DNA from: a virus
Length of the DNA: 64,000 nucleotides
Reading direction: 5' to 3' (one strand)
Virus record (IMG/VR): IMGVR_UViG_3300025084_000006
In this document: piece by piece, positions 1 through 12,900 of the stretch
How the letters are laid out: each line of letters starts with the position of its first letter
Numbering within the stretch: position 1 is the stretch's first letter
Notes under the pieces: generated by a model
The model's database searches: none
Told to the model about the DNA's origin: nothing
What the model saw: only the letters and a program-made list of their open reading frames with translations
Translations under genes and position numbers: made by a program

Positions 1-1382
1 TCTGTGTCATTAAGACCGACAGAACCATCATTGTAAGTAGAATTTAAAAATAGTGTAGGATACGATGTTAGTTCAGCACCCTCTGCATTAAGTGGGGTTG
101 TACCATATACGTTACTAATATAGAAGGAAGTCAGACCTGTTGTTTTTAGTGTCTGATTTTCTCTTTTAATTGTATCTCTTGCTTTATCAATTTCGAGATA
201 CTTACTCTCTTTATTTTTAACTTCATATCCTTTAATATATGCTTTACCAGAACCAATAGTTCCTAGGAGTTTTGCGGATGCTTGATTTACTGATAGACCA
301 TTAACAAGTCCATCAGCATCGGCAGTATAGAATCCTAAGTTATTATCATTTTGATAATACTCTCTAACTTGTAGAGGGAATGGTTCTACAACATAATCAC
401 CAGATTCGTCAAAAGTTTTCTTAGCAATTGCTGCTTCTACAAGAGAATAGTCATTTGCTTTAATTTGTTTCTGAATAGTACCACTTTTAATAAGTAGTAG
501 TTGAATAAAATTCTTATCAGTTAGATCATAGTAACCATACTTAACAAGTTCTAGACTAATTTTAAGTCTATGAGCACCAGGAGCAGAGAAATTAGAATAA
601 CCCCTTGCATTATCATACAAAGAACTATCTTCCTCAGGTGTAACCAGAGACTCTACAATTTTAAAACCAATTTTGCTGGAAGGTGCATCGTAGTATTTGC
701 TAACAACTAAAAGTTGCTCAGCATTTCTTACAAAATATCCATTAACAAAGTAAATACCTTCTTCTACTTTTATAGCAGAAGCAAATCCCAATGCGGGACT
801 ATCAATAAATTGTTCAATACCTGTGTCAGGATCAGTAACACTGATACTGGTAGGAAGAGATACTCCATCAGTTCCGACAACCAATAGAGGAGAATTAACA
901 CCACCAATTACTTCTAAAGTCTCACCTTGACGGAATCTCTCTTCGTCACCAGATGCACCAGAGTCTAAGTAATTGACATAAATTGTATCTGATTCTGTAT
1001 CAGAACCAAATTCTGTAGCAATAACACTTGCAATAACACTAGATGATACACCCTGAATTTTCAGACCGACCAGTTGACTAATGTCATATTTTTGATATAC
1101 AACGTTTCCTGCTTCGTCACTGATTGCAACCTCAGAAACAGAAGATAGTTTAACGTAATTTAGTTTCGTATTGAACCCGACTTCTCCAGGCACAACAAGA
1201 TCGCCTTGCTTGAAGACGTTCCTCCCGAATGATTCTAATTGAGTTTGTAATACAGACTGGAGAGTTGTTAGTTCTCTAGTCTGTACCGCAAACCCTGGTC
1301 TAAACAAGACCTTATAGAAATTATTCTGAGAATCAAAGTCTTCAAAGTAAGGCGATGCGTTTAAGTTAGTATTTTGAGGCAT
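1..1382 (-). CDS. DUF4815/VrlC-like virion structural protein (5' part; runs off the window edge)
   Basis: Manual translation from ATG at 1382: MPQNTNLNASPYFEDFDSQNNFYKVLFRPGFAVQTRELTTLQSVLQ..., the typical N-terminus of the large protein that follows gp8 in cyanomyoviruses. Not in the ORF track because it is truncated. Confidence 0.85.
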   Translation of the reverse strand, partial: MPQNTNLNASPYFEDFDSQNNFYKVLFRPGFAVQTRELTTLQSVLQTQLESFGRNVFKQGDLVVPGEVGFNTKLNYVKLSSVSEVAISDEAGNVVYQKYDISQLVGLKIQGVSSSVIASVIATEFGSDTESDTIYVNYLDSGASGDEERFRQGETLEVIGGVNSPLLVVGTDGVSLPTSISVTDPDTGIEQFIDSPALGFASAIKVEEGIYFVNGYFVRNAEQLLVVSKYYDAPSSKIGFKIVESLVTPEEDSSLYDNARGYSNFSAPGAHRLKISLELVKYGYYDLTDKNFIQLLLIKSGTIQKQIKANDYSLVEAAIAKKTFDESGDYVVEPFPLQVREYYQNDNNLGFYTADADGLVNGLSVNQASAKLLGTIGSGKAYIKGYEVKNKESKYLEIDKARDTIKRENQTLKTTGLTSFYISNVYGTTPLNAEGAELTSYPTLFLNSTYNDGSVGLNDT

Positions 1383-1416
1383 TGTATATGCACTAACGTC
1401 CTGGTTTTCCTAACGT

Positions 1417-1423
1417 TATTTAG
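1417..1423 (-). promoter_or_regulatory. T4-type late promoter variant (CTAAATA)
   Basis: CTAAATA about 35 nt upstream of the DUF4815-like start. Confidence 0.55.
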
Positions 1424-1427
1424 GAGG

Positions 1428-3296
1428 TCAGAACTCAATTACTAACTTGATGTCTTCAATTTGGTCAGGAGCACGTGTGATGAGTCTTCTGTTCTCAACA
1501 TAAATGACATCTCCAGAGTTCGCTTCGATCTCAGGATTACCTTGACCATTGGTGAAACTAACACCTAGAAGTGTGACAGCAGTGGTTGTTGTATCAACTG
1601 TGCCAGAAGCAAGAGATGAAGTACCAACAACAGCAGCACTAGAATCAAATTCTCTTACAACTCCGTTTTCTGCATGCAAACCAGGGACTTGGATGTACTT
1701 AAGAACACCATCAGTGGTAGAACCAGAATCAAGAGTCCAAGAAACTACGGTGCCTTTTGCAGTACCACCAGAAGACAATGCTTGAGTAATTTCTTCATCA
1801 GCATTGTAGTCAGCAGTTGCATTTTCGATCTTAACTGCAAACAAACCATTACGGGTGTCGTTAGTTGCGAAATCGGTAGTGCCGTAGTTGTATGGGTCCT
1901 TGATAATGCCGATACGACGGAAGTCGTTATCAACGGGGAAGTCGCCAGAACCTTCAGCGTAGGTCAAACGAATGTTCGTCATAACACGCTTAGCGCCGAA
2001 CTCAGACTCCATGTCTGAACCATGACCGCCTTCGGGGGCAATAATAACTTCCAAAGCACCTGTGCCAGAAACGCCAGTGCGTCCAGTTGTAAGTGCAGAA
2101 GTAGTGAATAGACCAGTCTTGATACCACCGACTGTTACGCCGTCAGCAAGGTTGACTGAACCATAAGTATAACCAGCACCTTCTGTTACAATTTTAGCAG
2201 ACTGGATAACATTAGAAGCAACTACGATTTCTACAACTGCTTCAGTACCGCCAGCAAGTTGACCATCACCATTAATAGGTGCATAGTGGGTTCCGTTAGG
2301 AAGACCGCCGCCAACTTCTTCTACTAGAACAACGTTTACTGCACCTTCAACCGCAGCAGATTGGACAGCAGCTCTAGTGCTTTCCGATGGTAGGTTGATG
2401 GGTAGGAAGTTGGTAGAAAGGAAGCGAAGAACATCATCTGTTGGGATGGTGTACATATACTTCCAAGCATAACCTGCAGTTTCAGAAACTTCTAGGTCAG
2501 CACCTTCGGTAAACACATTACCATTATAAGTACCTTGACCAGCAGAAGGAGAGGTCTTGGGTTCGTACTGAGGGTTAGGGGAAGTTCTGCCAGGGAACTC
2601 ACCATTATAGAGGCACTTGAATACCTCGTAGTTAGAGTTGATTACATAGTACTTAGCAGTTGCTAGAGATGCAGCATTAGTAAGTGCTAGTTTGCCGATC
2701 TGACCAGTCGTGGTTGCGGTGTAGTCAGGCTTGTACATGTCGAAACGAGGTTCCGCAGCAAGCGTGTTCCAATCGTAACGAGTAATTACACCACGGGCAA
2801 ACGAATCGGTGATACGCTTAGCAGCAATAATTTCATCATAAACATCAAATTTTTCCGACTGGTGATCCAGTGGAGTAGGAGGGGTGTCTTCTGTAGCAAA
2901 GCGATATACACCTGCTCTTGCTTCTGCTCCTGTATCGGATGCTCCGTTCCAACCTTCAACTACAGAGTTGGGGAGAGGAGTTGAAGATGTACTTGGAGAA
3001 ACTGAACTAAGGATAAGAGAATTTTCGTATACTGCTACAATGCTTGCCTTGAAAGGTGCATTTGCCCAAGTATACGATCCATTCGTATCGCTAGAAACAT
3101 AAACAAACTGACCAGCAGTAAATGCTGTTGCGTTTGCGGAGTAAATCTCCAAGTATGAATTCCATGCTTGTGGACGACCCACAAAGAAGTACATTCTAGT
3201 TCTGTCGGATCCAGTATCACTACTGCCTTCGGACAGAGACTCTAGAAATTGTTTAGCATTGAAAATTCTAAATTTGTCTGAAATAATTGCAGCCAT
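1428..3296 (-). CDS. gp8: baseplate wedge subunit gp8
   Basis: MAAIISDKFRIFNAKQFLESL...YFFVGRPQAW, YVINSNYEVFKCLYNG, GYAWKYMYTI, C-terminal ENRRLITRAPDQIEDIKLVIEF; synteny with gp6/gp7. Confidence 0.93.
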   Translation of the reverse strand: MAAIISDKFRIFNAKQFLESLSEGSSDTGSDRTRMYFFVGRPQAWNSYLEIYSANATAFTAGQFVYVSSDTNGSYTWANAPFKASIVAVYENSLILSSVSPSTSSTPLPNSVVEGWNGASDTGAEARAGVYRFATEDTPPTPLDHQSEKFDVYDEIIAAKRITDSFARGVITRYDWNTLAAEPRFDMYKPDYTATTTGQIGKLALTNAASLATAKYYVINSNYEVFKCLYNGEFPGRTSPNPQYEPKTSPSAGQGTYNGNVFTEGADLEVSETAGYAWKYMYTIPTDDVLRFLSTNFLPINLPSESTRAAVQSAAVEGAVNVVLVEEVGGGLPNGTHYAPINGDGQLAGGTEAVVEIVVASNVIQSAKIVTEGAGYTYGSVNLADGVTVGGIKTGLFTTSALTTGRTGVSGTGALEVIIAPEGGHGSDMESEFGAKRVMTNIRLTYAEGSGDFPVDNDFRRIGIIKDPYNYGTTDFATNDTRNGLFAVKIENATADYNADEEITQALSSGGTAKGTVVSWTLDSGSTTDGVLKYIQVPGLHAENGVVREFDSSAAVVGTSSLASGTVDTTTTAVTLLGVSFTNGQGNPEIEANSGDVIYVENRRLITRAPDQIEDIKLVIEF

Positions 3297-3329
3297 TTAT
3301 TTTTTCTCTAGAACGTTGTTGTCTTGATT

Positions 3330-3337
3330 TATTTATA
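3330..3337 (-). promoter_or_regulatory. T4-type late promoter TATAAATA
   Basis: Perfect TATAAATA 34 nt upstream of the gp8 start; same extended context (TATAAATAAATCAAG) as the copy at 58560. Confidence 0.85.
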
Positions 3338-3350
3338 CAATATAGTTTGA

Positions 3351-3896
3351 TCAATCAACAGAATACTGGATGAACTCCGTAGAAGGCGGAATATTCACAT
3401 TTCCAGACTTAACATAACCAATAAATCCTGTGGCAGTCTTAGATGTATACTCAAAAAGAGTACGCGCACTACCACCAATAAAAAGATGACCAGCACTTCC
3501 AAATCTTGTAATGTTAGTTTCTGCTTCAAGAATTGTTTGATTTGACTCATCAGTAGTCAGTACTTGTAGACTATTGATGCTAGAACCAAAAGGTAATGCT
3601 TGAGTAGAACCAGCAAAATTGAATTTATTACCTGTCAATGTGAATGAAGAATCTGGTCTTAATTCAAAATCTCTAATTTGAAGAGTAGGAAATTCTCTTG
3701 TTAAATCATCAATAACATTATCACCACTGAAAATGTGCTTTTCAAAAGCCGCAAGAGTATGGAAAGCATTACCAGAATCAAACGAATCAAATCCCTCTGG
3801 TTTTCTTTGCTTAAAATTTTCTACTTTAATAACTAAAGTATTTCTTTTAAGTACCTCATTATAAGGACTTGCTAATTGTAACTGCGTTTGTGGCAT
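3351..3896 (-). CDS. hypothetical virion structural protein (between gp7 and gp8)
   Basis: 181-aa ORF tightly packed in the baseplate operon. Confidence 0.7.
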   Translation of the reverse strand: MPQTQLQLASPYNEVLKRNTLVIKVENFKQRKPEGFDSFDSGNAFHTLAAFEKHIFSGDNVIDDLTREFPTLQIRDFELRPDSSFTLTGNKFNFAGSTQALPFGSSINSLQVLTTDESNQTILEAETNITRFGSAGHLFIGGSARTLFEYTSKTATGFIGYVKSGNVNIPPSTEFIQYSVD

Positions 3897-3901
3897 TGAT
3901 T

Positions 3902-6900
3902 TTAACGGAGAAGGACACTGGTTTCTAGTACAACTAGTTCTTCAAAGAAGTCTAAGACTCCCATCTCTCTATTTAACGTAATATCTGCAGGTTTATCTTT
4001 ACCATCAATAACTGGTAGATGGTTGCCAAGAATAGCAACTTCAGTTTCAGTTCCGTGAATAACTGCATATAGAGCAGTTTCAGTACTTAGAATAGAAGCA
4101 ACTGGAATTGGTGAATTGAGTCCACCTGGATCAGTGCTTGGAGGAATTGCTGCAAATATTTGTAGAGATTGAGAGACTGATGTTTCAACTTGTGAAGTAT
4201 GTAGATCTAGTGCCTTTTCTGTTACAATAGAAGCATTATTAATAGTTTGAATTGTAGATGCAACGACAGATACACTTTCATCACTCATCAAGACAGAAGA
4301 CTCAGTTGGAGTTGCTGTAGAAGTGAGCTGTAGAGTTATAACTTGATCATTGTATGTTAGGTATGGAGCAATCTCATATTCAATAACGTCAGTAAGAACC
4401 TGCTGAGGAAGTTCAGCACTATTAATAGATTGAATTGTAGATGCAGCAACAGATACACTCTCACTGCTCATCAATACAGAAGATTCAGTTAGTGAGATTA
4501 CATAATTTTGAATTGCAACAGATACTTCAGTTACAGAAGGCTGAATCTCCTTCTGTAGAGTCATCTTAAGGTTAGTATCTACCTGAACGTCTACAATATC
4601 ACTGATGGAGTGAATTTGATTCTTAACTTCAATGTTGGATACATCACTCTGTGCAACACTGACGATAGTAGCAATAATGCTTCTAGGACCAGCATCAATA
4701 ACCCTTACAGAATCTGGGATAGTTCTGATGTATTGACCTGCAGGATGAGCAACTGCTACAGTTCTATCAAGACCTCTAGTAACATTAAGGAATCTATCTT
4801 GTAGTTTTCTTTCATATCCAACAATCTCTCTACCAACTTGTAGTTTACCAACGTCTGCAAACAGAGACGTATTATTAACATATAGAGTAGTACCTATTGG
4901 AGATAGTGGGGAATCCAACAATGCACCAGTTGCAGATGCAGATTCTTCACGGAAGTATGCAATTGGTGTATTAATAATCTTCTGTAAATTATTAATAATA
5001 ACGTCAACACCACCAGCAGGACTGATGTTAGTGATACTTGCAATTGGGTTATCAAGTGTAACTGTGATGAGAGTCTCATTAATAAGAAGTTCAGATGCAA
5101 CTTGATCAATTGCAGTGAATGGATCCCTATTAGTAAAGATAATAGAGTTACCTTCAGGCAACCCTAGTTGATCACCAACTTCTTCTGCCTCAGGTGTAAT
5201 GATGTTAACAATTTCATCGTTATCAATTGGTGTAACTGAACCAACAATACCAAATGAGATGAGAGAGAAGAGACCAGTAGATTGTCCCTGACCAGAAATA
5301 ATAATCTCTGTAGCAATGGTAGTTTGCTGTTGTAAACCAATTTGTGTTCCAATCTCAAGTCTATAGTTAGATTGAATAGTTCTATTTGGTTTACGTAGAA
5401 CGTTATATCCTCGTGTTACAACTGCCCTAGGTGGTTGAGTGTATCCACTACCACCCTCAAGGAGAATAACATCTAAAACTTGTCCTGCAATAGTGAGAAC
5501 TTCTGCTCTTGCACCACCACCTCTTCCATCGACAGGAATAAATTTAACTTGAGGTGGAACAAAATACTGATATGCTGTTGGTTGTAGTAGAATACCTGTA
5601 TCAAAAAAGAGTTTTAGATCTCTTCTATTCCACTCAAGGTCACTAAAACCAACACCAGTGACGGCACCACCATCACCAATAGTGCAAGTAACACTAAGAC
5701 CTTCTCCTCTTACTATATCATTATAGTTAGTAACTTCAATAGGACTATAGTGCTCAAATTTGGCAGTCTGTCCGTTGTTGAAGTTTCTTCCTTTTACTTC
5801 TGGTGGGATATACAAAATTTTTCTGTAATCTTTCTCACCATCAATCATAATTTCATCGCCAGGAGCAATGTCAACTAGATTATTATAAAGATTGAAGTAT
5901 GCATCATCACCTAGTTTAGATCCTTTCAACCAATCAGGAATATCTTGAACAAGAACCCTTTCACCATCAGCATTTTTAGAATATTCCCAATCAATTTTAA
6001 AGATAGGATATGCTGAGTTGAAACTTACGAAATCAGTAAAGTCAGTTTGGTCTGTAATGAAGATTCCTTTAATTCTTAGTTCATCATCATCGCTAACTCT
6101 TGGATCATAATCATTTGCGGTAAACTTAAGGTTTTCTGCATTGAGAATCTTGATAGTTAGTTGTTCTGCAACAACTCCTGGTTTTGCATTGCCAGTTGCT
6201 GTTCCGTCTTCTAGAAGATCAAATCTTACACTATTAAGTTTACCAATGAATACTCTGTTACCATTATCATCAAATGTGAATACATTCTTGGTAACAGAAG
6301 GATCAAAAGCAGTAAAGTTTTCCTGCCACTCAATATATTCATCTTTTCCATTAGGATCATCTAATACTTTAGTTAGAACTATACTAACTTCATTTCTAAA
6401 AATAATTCTATCATAATCATATGCAGATAAAGTTTTAGGAACTTGTCTACCAAACAAAGAAATAATTTCTACTTTGCTTGCTAAAGATTCTCCAGTACTA
6501 GGAATATACTTAATAAGTTTTTCTGTAAACGAAATATTTGGTCCATTCAACTTATAAGTATCAGGTGCTTGTAGAACACCATCAACAAACACTAATGCAA
6601 AGTCTGCTTCATTAATATTTTTGACTGTATCAGTTTCTTCATCAAATACAAGATATGGACCCTCACCACGATAAGGAATCAATCTCTCATCAATTCTAAG
6701 TCTATCGTAACTACCAACACCATATCCATAGAAATATTCTTTTTGATCTAATTGTTCTGGAGTGTAGTCAATAACATCATAGAAATTTCTTGGTGGTTCA
6801 ATGAATACAATAATATCTGTTTGGGAATCATTAGCACTCCTTCTAATAGTATATGCGGTATTTACTGCCTGTAAAACACCATTAACAAAAATTAGAAGAT

Positions 6901-9900
6901 TTTCTTTGGTGTCAGTTTTAACAATAGTATCGTCATCCCAACTTAATGCAAACTCTGTAGAAATACCATCAAAACTTCCAGAAATATCTTTAATTTTTTT
7001 AAGATACTTATCATTAAATGTATCATTTTTAAATTTAAATGATTTACATACAAACTTTGTTGGATCTGTAGTGTAAGTATCATCAAAATTTTCCCCAGTA
7101 ATAGGATACTGAGGTCCTAAAGGAGCAGATGCAAATGTAATTTGACTTCCACTTATCTCGTATGCTTTTTTTGGTTCTTGTGCAACACCATTTAAAGTAA
7201 TGAATGTTTCTTGCTCATTATATGGTGAGTATGCTAAATTATTTGCTTTGTCTAAAAGTTGGAAGGTTCTTCTTCCAAGAACATTACCATCACCAATAAC
7301 ACCTAGCGTTGGGTGGTATGCTGGAGAATCTACAGTTACAACTTCAACTTTAACAAACGTTGAAGCATTTTCATAAAAAGTAATAGTATCACCAACTTCA
7401 AATCCTGATGCAATCTCAGAAAAGTCAGATTCGTTTGATTGGATAACCGCACCAAATTCAGTATTTGAAGTACCTTGATTACTTGAGAACTCACCAAACT
7501 CAGGCATGAAACCAATAGTCATAAGATTGATCTTTGACAGATCAAAATTACCACCTCCACTGGTTACATACTCATCATTTGGGAGAATAGAGTAGTTGTG
7601 TAATGATCCGCTCCATGATTGTGCAGGAGAAGTAGCATCAACATAAGGAGTGATGGCAGGTTGATTATTGGTGTTGCCAAGCATTTTAAACTTGACCCAG
7701 TGATTATATTCACCAGCAATAGTGGTAAAGTTAGTTCCACCACCAAAACCAACAGCAATCTCAGAAGTGCCATCACCTACTTTTGTAATTGATTTGATAG
7801 GTCCAATATAATCTTCCTGAGTTGCATAGCGACCAGAGAAATCTTGTGCTAAAATTAATTCTTTAGATAGAATACCTTCAGTATCATACTCATTAATGGA
7901 AACACTACCAACACCTCTACGAAGATTGGTATCTCTAACTCTAATTGAACTTTGAGTAACTCTAGTAGATTTTCTTTCTACTGTAACATTTTTAGGTGCT
8001 AGTTCGATAAAAGAAATTTTATCCGACTTTGGTTGTTCAATTGGCATTGAACTTTCTTGTTCACTTTCAATGACAACTTCACCAAACATCAAGAAACCAG
8101 CTGGATGCGTAGTTTGCTTGATCAAGTCTCTCCACGTATTAATAGGAGTCTTGGATTGAATTACATAAGAATAATCTTGGTAGAAGAAAGAATCGGTAAG
8201 TCTTTGATTTCTATCACCAATTTTTCCCTTATCGGATGTAAACCTACCCATGTTATCTGAGAAAGATTTAATGGTAGGTTTAAATTGAGTTGACAAAACA
8301 TCTACTACTTCAACAGATCTTGATGTTTGCATTACCGAAACTAGCGGTAAATTGAAATCTACATTACCTGTAATTTTTTCTAATCTTATAATGTTAGTAC
8401 CAAGTCTCCATCCCTTATCAGAAATAATTGCACTGAATACTAAACGATTACCATCTCTCTGCTCAACTCTTTCTCCTTTGAAAAACTTAGATTGTCCTCT
8501 AATAATAAGAGCATAGTGTGATGTAAATTTAGGTAGAATAGTAGTATCATTATGGTATCCACCACCATTTTTAACAATACTCACATTCTTAGGTAATCCA
8601 ATATTATTAGATCCAAAGTATGCTTCTACTCCGCCTTCGTAGATAGTAATTTCAGGAATGTAATTATATCCACTACCTTCATTAACAACATCTATTCTAA
8701 CAATTCTGCCAGCATCTTGGAATACATTAAATACTGCTCCTGTACCATCACCTCTACTAACATATGCTTTAGGTGATACAAAATTCTTGCCACCTTGTAA
8801 AATTTCAACTCCAAGAATAGTTTTTGTAATAGAATCCCATTGAACTTTAAGGTTTGGTTGATTGTCAGAATCAACATTACATCCAGTAATTACTGGCAAT
8901 CTTTTGTAATCTATACCTTTATTGTCAATAGTTGCAGATTTAATTTTACCAATAGCAAATGGGGAATCGGTGTTATACCTTAAAGATCCTTTGCCATTGT
9001 AATCAGGAGTCTCTGTATAAGCATATGCAAATTTAGTTTGACTAGAGAACAAGATTTGCTTAGAACCTGCAATTGGATCATCAATAACTCGTAGAGCTGC
9101 ACCATCAGTATTAACATCACTATTTGATTTAATAAAGTAATAATACGTGTCAAAGTTTACTGGGAATCTCTGTTGAGTCTGACCTACAATATTTGGACCA
9201 AATCCGAGAGTAATTGAAACAAACGAACCAGCATTGCCAGGTTGAATGCCACTTACTATTTTTTCTTCTGTGAAGATAGTTCCTGTTCTGCTAGCAGAAA
9301 AATCTAGGAAGACACCTTGCATAGAAACATGACTAGTGTCAAACACATAATTGTAGTATTTTTGAATTCTAATATCAGTATTAACACCAAACGTAGCAAA
9401 ATTAACATCTTTAGAAAATTCTAGTCTATTTTCTCCAGGAACAACAGAACTTAGAGCAATAGACTTCTTAGGAGAACTATTATCTTGGAATACGCTACTT
9501 AGAGTAACTTCTCTAGGAGAAGTAGAACTATAATCATATGCCAACACAATGTTCTGTGTTGTAGAGTCATATGAAATAATAGTTGGATCGTTAGGACCAA
9601 TTCCTAGAGGTCTTGAATTCGCATCAAATCTATAGACACCTTTGTATAGAGATACAAGCGTTCCATCAAAGTGATCTACAATATTACTACCTTCAATACC
9701 CCTTTCAATTGTTACTTCTCTATTACTAGAGTCAATACTAACAACTTTGACAATTTCGCTATCAATTTTAAGAAGGTCATTCTCAGACAACTTATTGACT
9801 TGAACTAAACTCAATTTAGTATTAAGTTGTGCAAGACCAATATGATCTACATTGATTGCTAGTCTTTGAGAAGAAATAGCATTAGAAAGTCTACCAAGAT

Positions 9901-12900
9901 CAGCATCTGCAACTGTTAGAATATCACCTTTGATATAATCACTTCCTTTATTAGTAATAGTAAAATCAGATACACTACCATACCCAGTGCCATTAAAGTC
10001 ACTAACATTAATAGTTGCGATAGCATTCTTACTATCACCAGGAGAACCAATTCCATTCCTAACTCTGCTTTGGTCAAGGAAAATCAATTCTACATCTACA
10101 TAATTTCCAGAAGTATAGGCAAGACCACCATTTAATAGATCTCCTCTACCTACACCAGTATCAGTCATCAAACTACCAAAACTAGGAGTCTTGAGTTTAA
10201 TTTCCTGATAGAAACGTTTTCTTACATAATATTCAGTTGTAGTCTGACTTACATCTGGATCTACTTCAACATCGATATAACTATTAACTCCTACATTATG
10301 AGTTCCATCAGTTTCGACTAGAACTAGATCATCTCTAACTGCAAAAGCTTTAATTTCTTTACTTAGATTTGAATAAACTACAACTTCACCACCAACACTA
10401 TCACCTAGAGTTGTGCTCTGCAAAAAGTGTGCTGTGGTTACACTATCAGGAACAACAAACTCACCTGATAAAACTTCTACTTTAACAGAATTTTGATTAG
10501 ATACTGATTCTAAAACTCTACCAGTAGCAAGGGTTGAATCTGCACCATCAGTTAACAGAAGAGTTGATTCTGCAGTAAAAAATACATTTCTATCAATTAA
10601 GATACTAATAATTGTACTAGAAGAATTAAGATCCTTACCTTCAACAAAAGTTCCTGATACTTCTTCAAGGACAAATTCACTCCTATTAGATATGTCGGAA
10701 ATTACCTTACCAGTAAATGCAGAATCTTCTTGTGTAACAATATCATTTTCAAACAGGTATGTTGGAGAAATTAATCGTACTAGCGCAACTGACTTAGTAT
10801 TAGTTGTTTCTAAGGACTTACAATCCATAGAAAGAATATCTTTACCTACAACAGAAGAAACAAATGCAGACGCACCAGATCCATCTGTTCTTACATCACT
10901 AACTTGGAATTTACCGCCAACTTTAAATTGATCCGTAGAATTTAAAATACTTAAAGTTTCAACGTTTCCTGATAAAGTCTCAGCAATAGTTAGCATGGAT
11001 TGGGAACCATTTCCGTCCATACCAGGAATTCTGTATCTTTCTGCTTTTGTCGGTAGATCGTCCTGAGTTAAATCTGCATTGTAGTTGGAATCAACAGGTA
11101 AAGAATAAAAATTGTTACCTAGAATGTATGGGAAAGTTGGGTTATCATCAGAATCAACACTAATAAAATATGCATAGGTGCCAGTAGGATATTCTGGAGT
11201 TACACAGAATCTACCATTGTTCTCATCTAGTTCAGTCTTACCGATAGATGTACTTGCTACCCATTCATAATCTTGGATAAATGTTCCGATAGGAAATTCA
11301 TCTACCGATGGTCCATCAATTCTAGTTGCTTTAATTCTATATGCAGATCTGATCCTTCCTATTGTACTAGTAGAATCTAGTGGATTTTCAAATCCAAAAG
11401 GACCATAGATGGGATTACCATCATAAGCAAAACCTAAAATAGGTGAATGTCCAGTTCCATCATCAGATAACTCAGTTCTTAATTGAGTTGGGGATGCACA
11501 AACGCCATATCCAAATCCTCTAGTTGGATTATAGTGAGGAAATACGTAAGAATTATTATTGTCTAGATCTGGTTGTAATTTATTATATCTGTTTTTAGTC
11601 CAAGTGAACACATCACATGTTACCAGACCATCTCTACCAACTGGGAAAATTTCAACAATTACATTTCCTTTGCTGTAGAATTTACCCTGATCTACACTTT
11701 CAAAGGAAACAATTTTACCATCTACTAGAATTGCTTTATATTCTGCAAAACGACCCTTACCTAGTTTATCTGTAATTACAACCCTAGGAGGAGTTGAATA
11801 GTATTCTCCAGAATTAACAACATTAATACTTGTGATAGCACCGAAAGTTACAACAGCTGTTGCCTCTGCTCCTCTACCAGAAGTAATCGTAACTTCAGGA
11901 ACACTAGTAAAAATATTATCAGTTTCTAGTTCAATACTACCAATTGTCTCTCCAGACAAAAATGTTCTTGCTAATCCTGGAGCTCCATTAATAAGAACGT
12001 TAGGGGGATCATTATATCCATTACCTTTGTTTTCAATATTGAATTTAGTAATTTTACCATATTTAATTTGATCAAAGTCTTTGTGACTGAACGCAATGGT
12101 GCCATCAACAAAAATACCAACATCACGTTGTGAAGTCTCATAAGACTCGGTGATCGTAAGTGGTTTCTTACGAATCAATCTAAGAATTTTTTGATCACTT
12201 AGAGTTTGTCCAATACCACTATACAAGATAGGTCTATTTGGCAATCCTCCTGTAGCAAGATAATAATAGTTTTCATCACGATATACAGCAGAAATGTTAT
12301 TCTTTAACTTACTAATAACATTACCGACATTAATATCGCCAGATGATCCATAACCAGCATTTTCAAACCATCTTAGATTACCATTAGTATCAATAAGAAT
12401 TGGATCGATACTAGTGAATCCTGGTTCGGAGATTTGAATCCTATCACCTGGTTCTGAATACGGAGCAGAGGTCTCTTGCTCCAAATTGTATAGAACTCCT
12501 AGACAAAGTAATCTAACGTCTCCAGAGGTGATTGTAGAGTAACTATAGACGTTAGTATCTGCAGCATACCCATCAGATCTTTCCCTGCGACTAATTACGA
12601 ACTGATCTACATTTTTAGAGGAATATTGAACCTCTTCTCCATTAATATAGATTCTGCCCTTCTGTAAAAATCCTTCTGTAGAGAATACATTAATCCTATC
12701 ACCAACATCACTATTAGTTGGTAGACTATCAGTTAAGCGTGTTTTGGATGCAGTACCGAATTGATTATTAAGTGTAGCAGTATCAATCGTAATTTCATAC
12801 AAAGACAATCCATCAACTGACCCAGCACTGAATACATTGTCTACAATAGCAGATGCATACTCAACAGATTCGTTGAGTGGATCTAAATTCTGAATAATTG

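Noticed and set aside
3351-3904. Stop-codon read-through fusing gp7 to the 181-aa ORF
   Set aside because: The two ORFs are in different frames and the downstream one has its own ATG.
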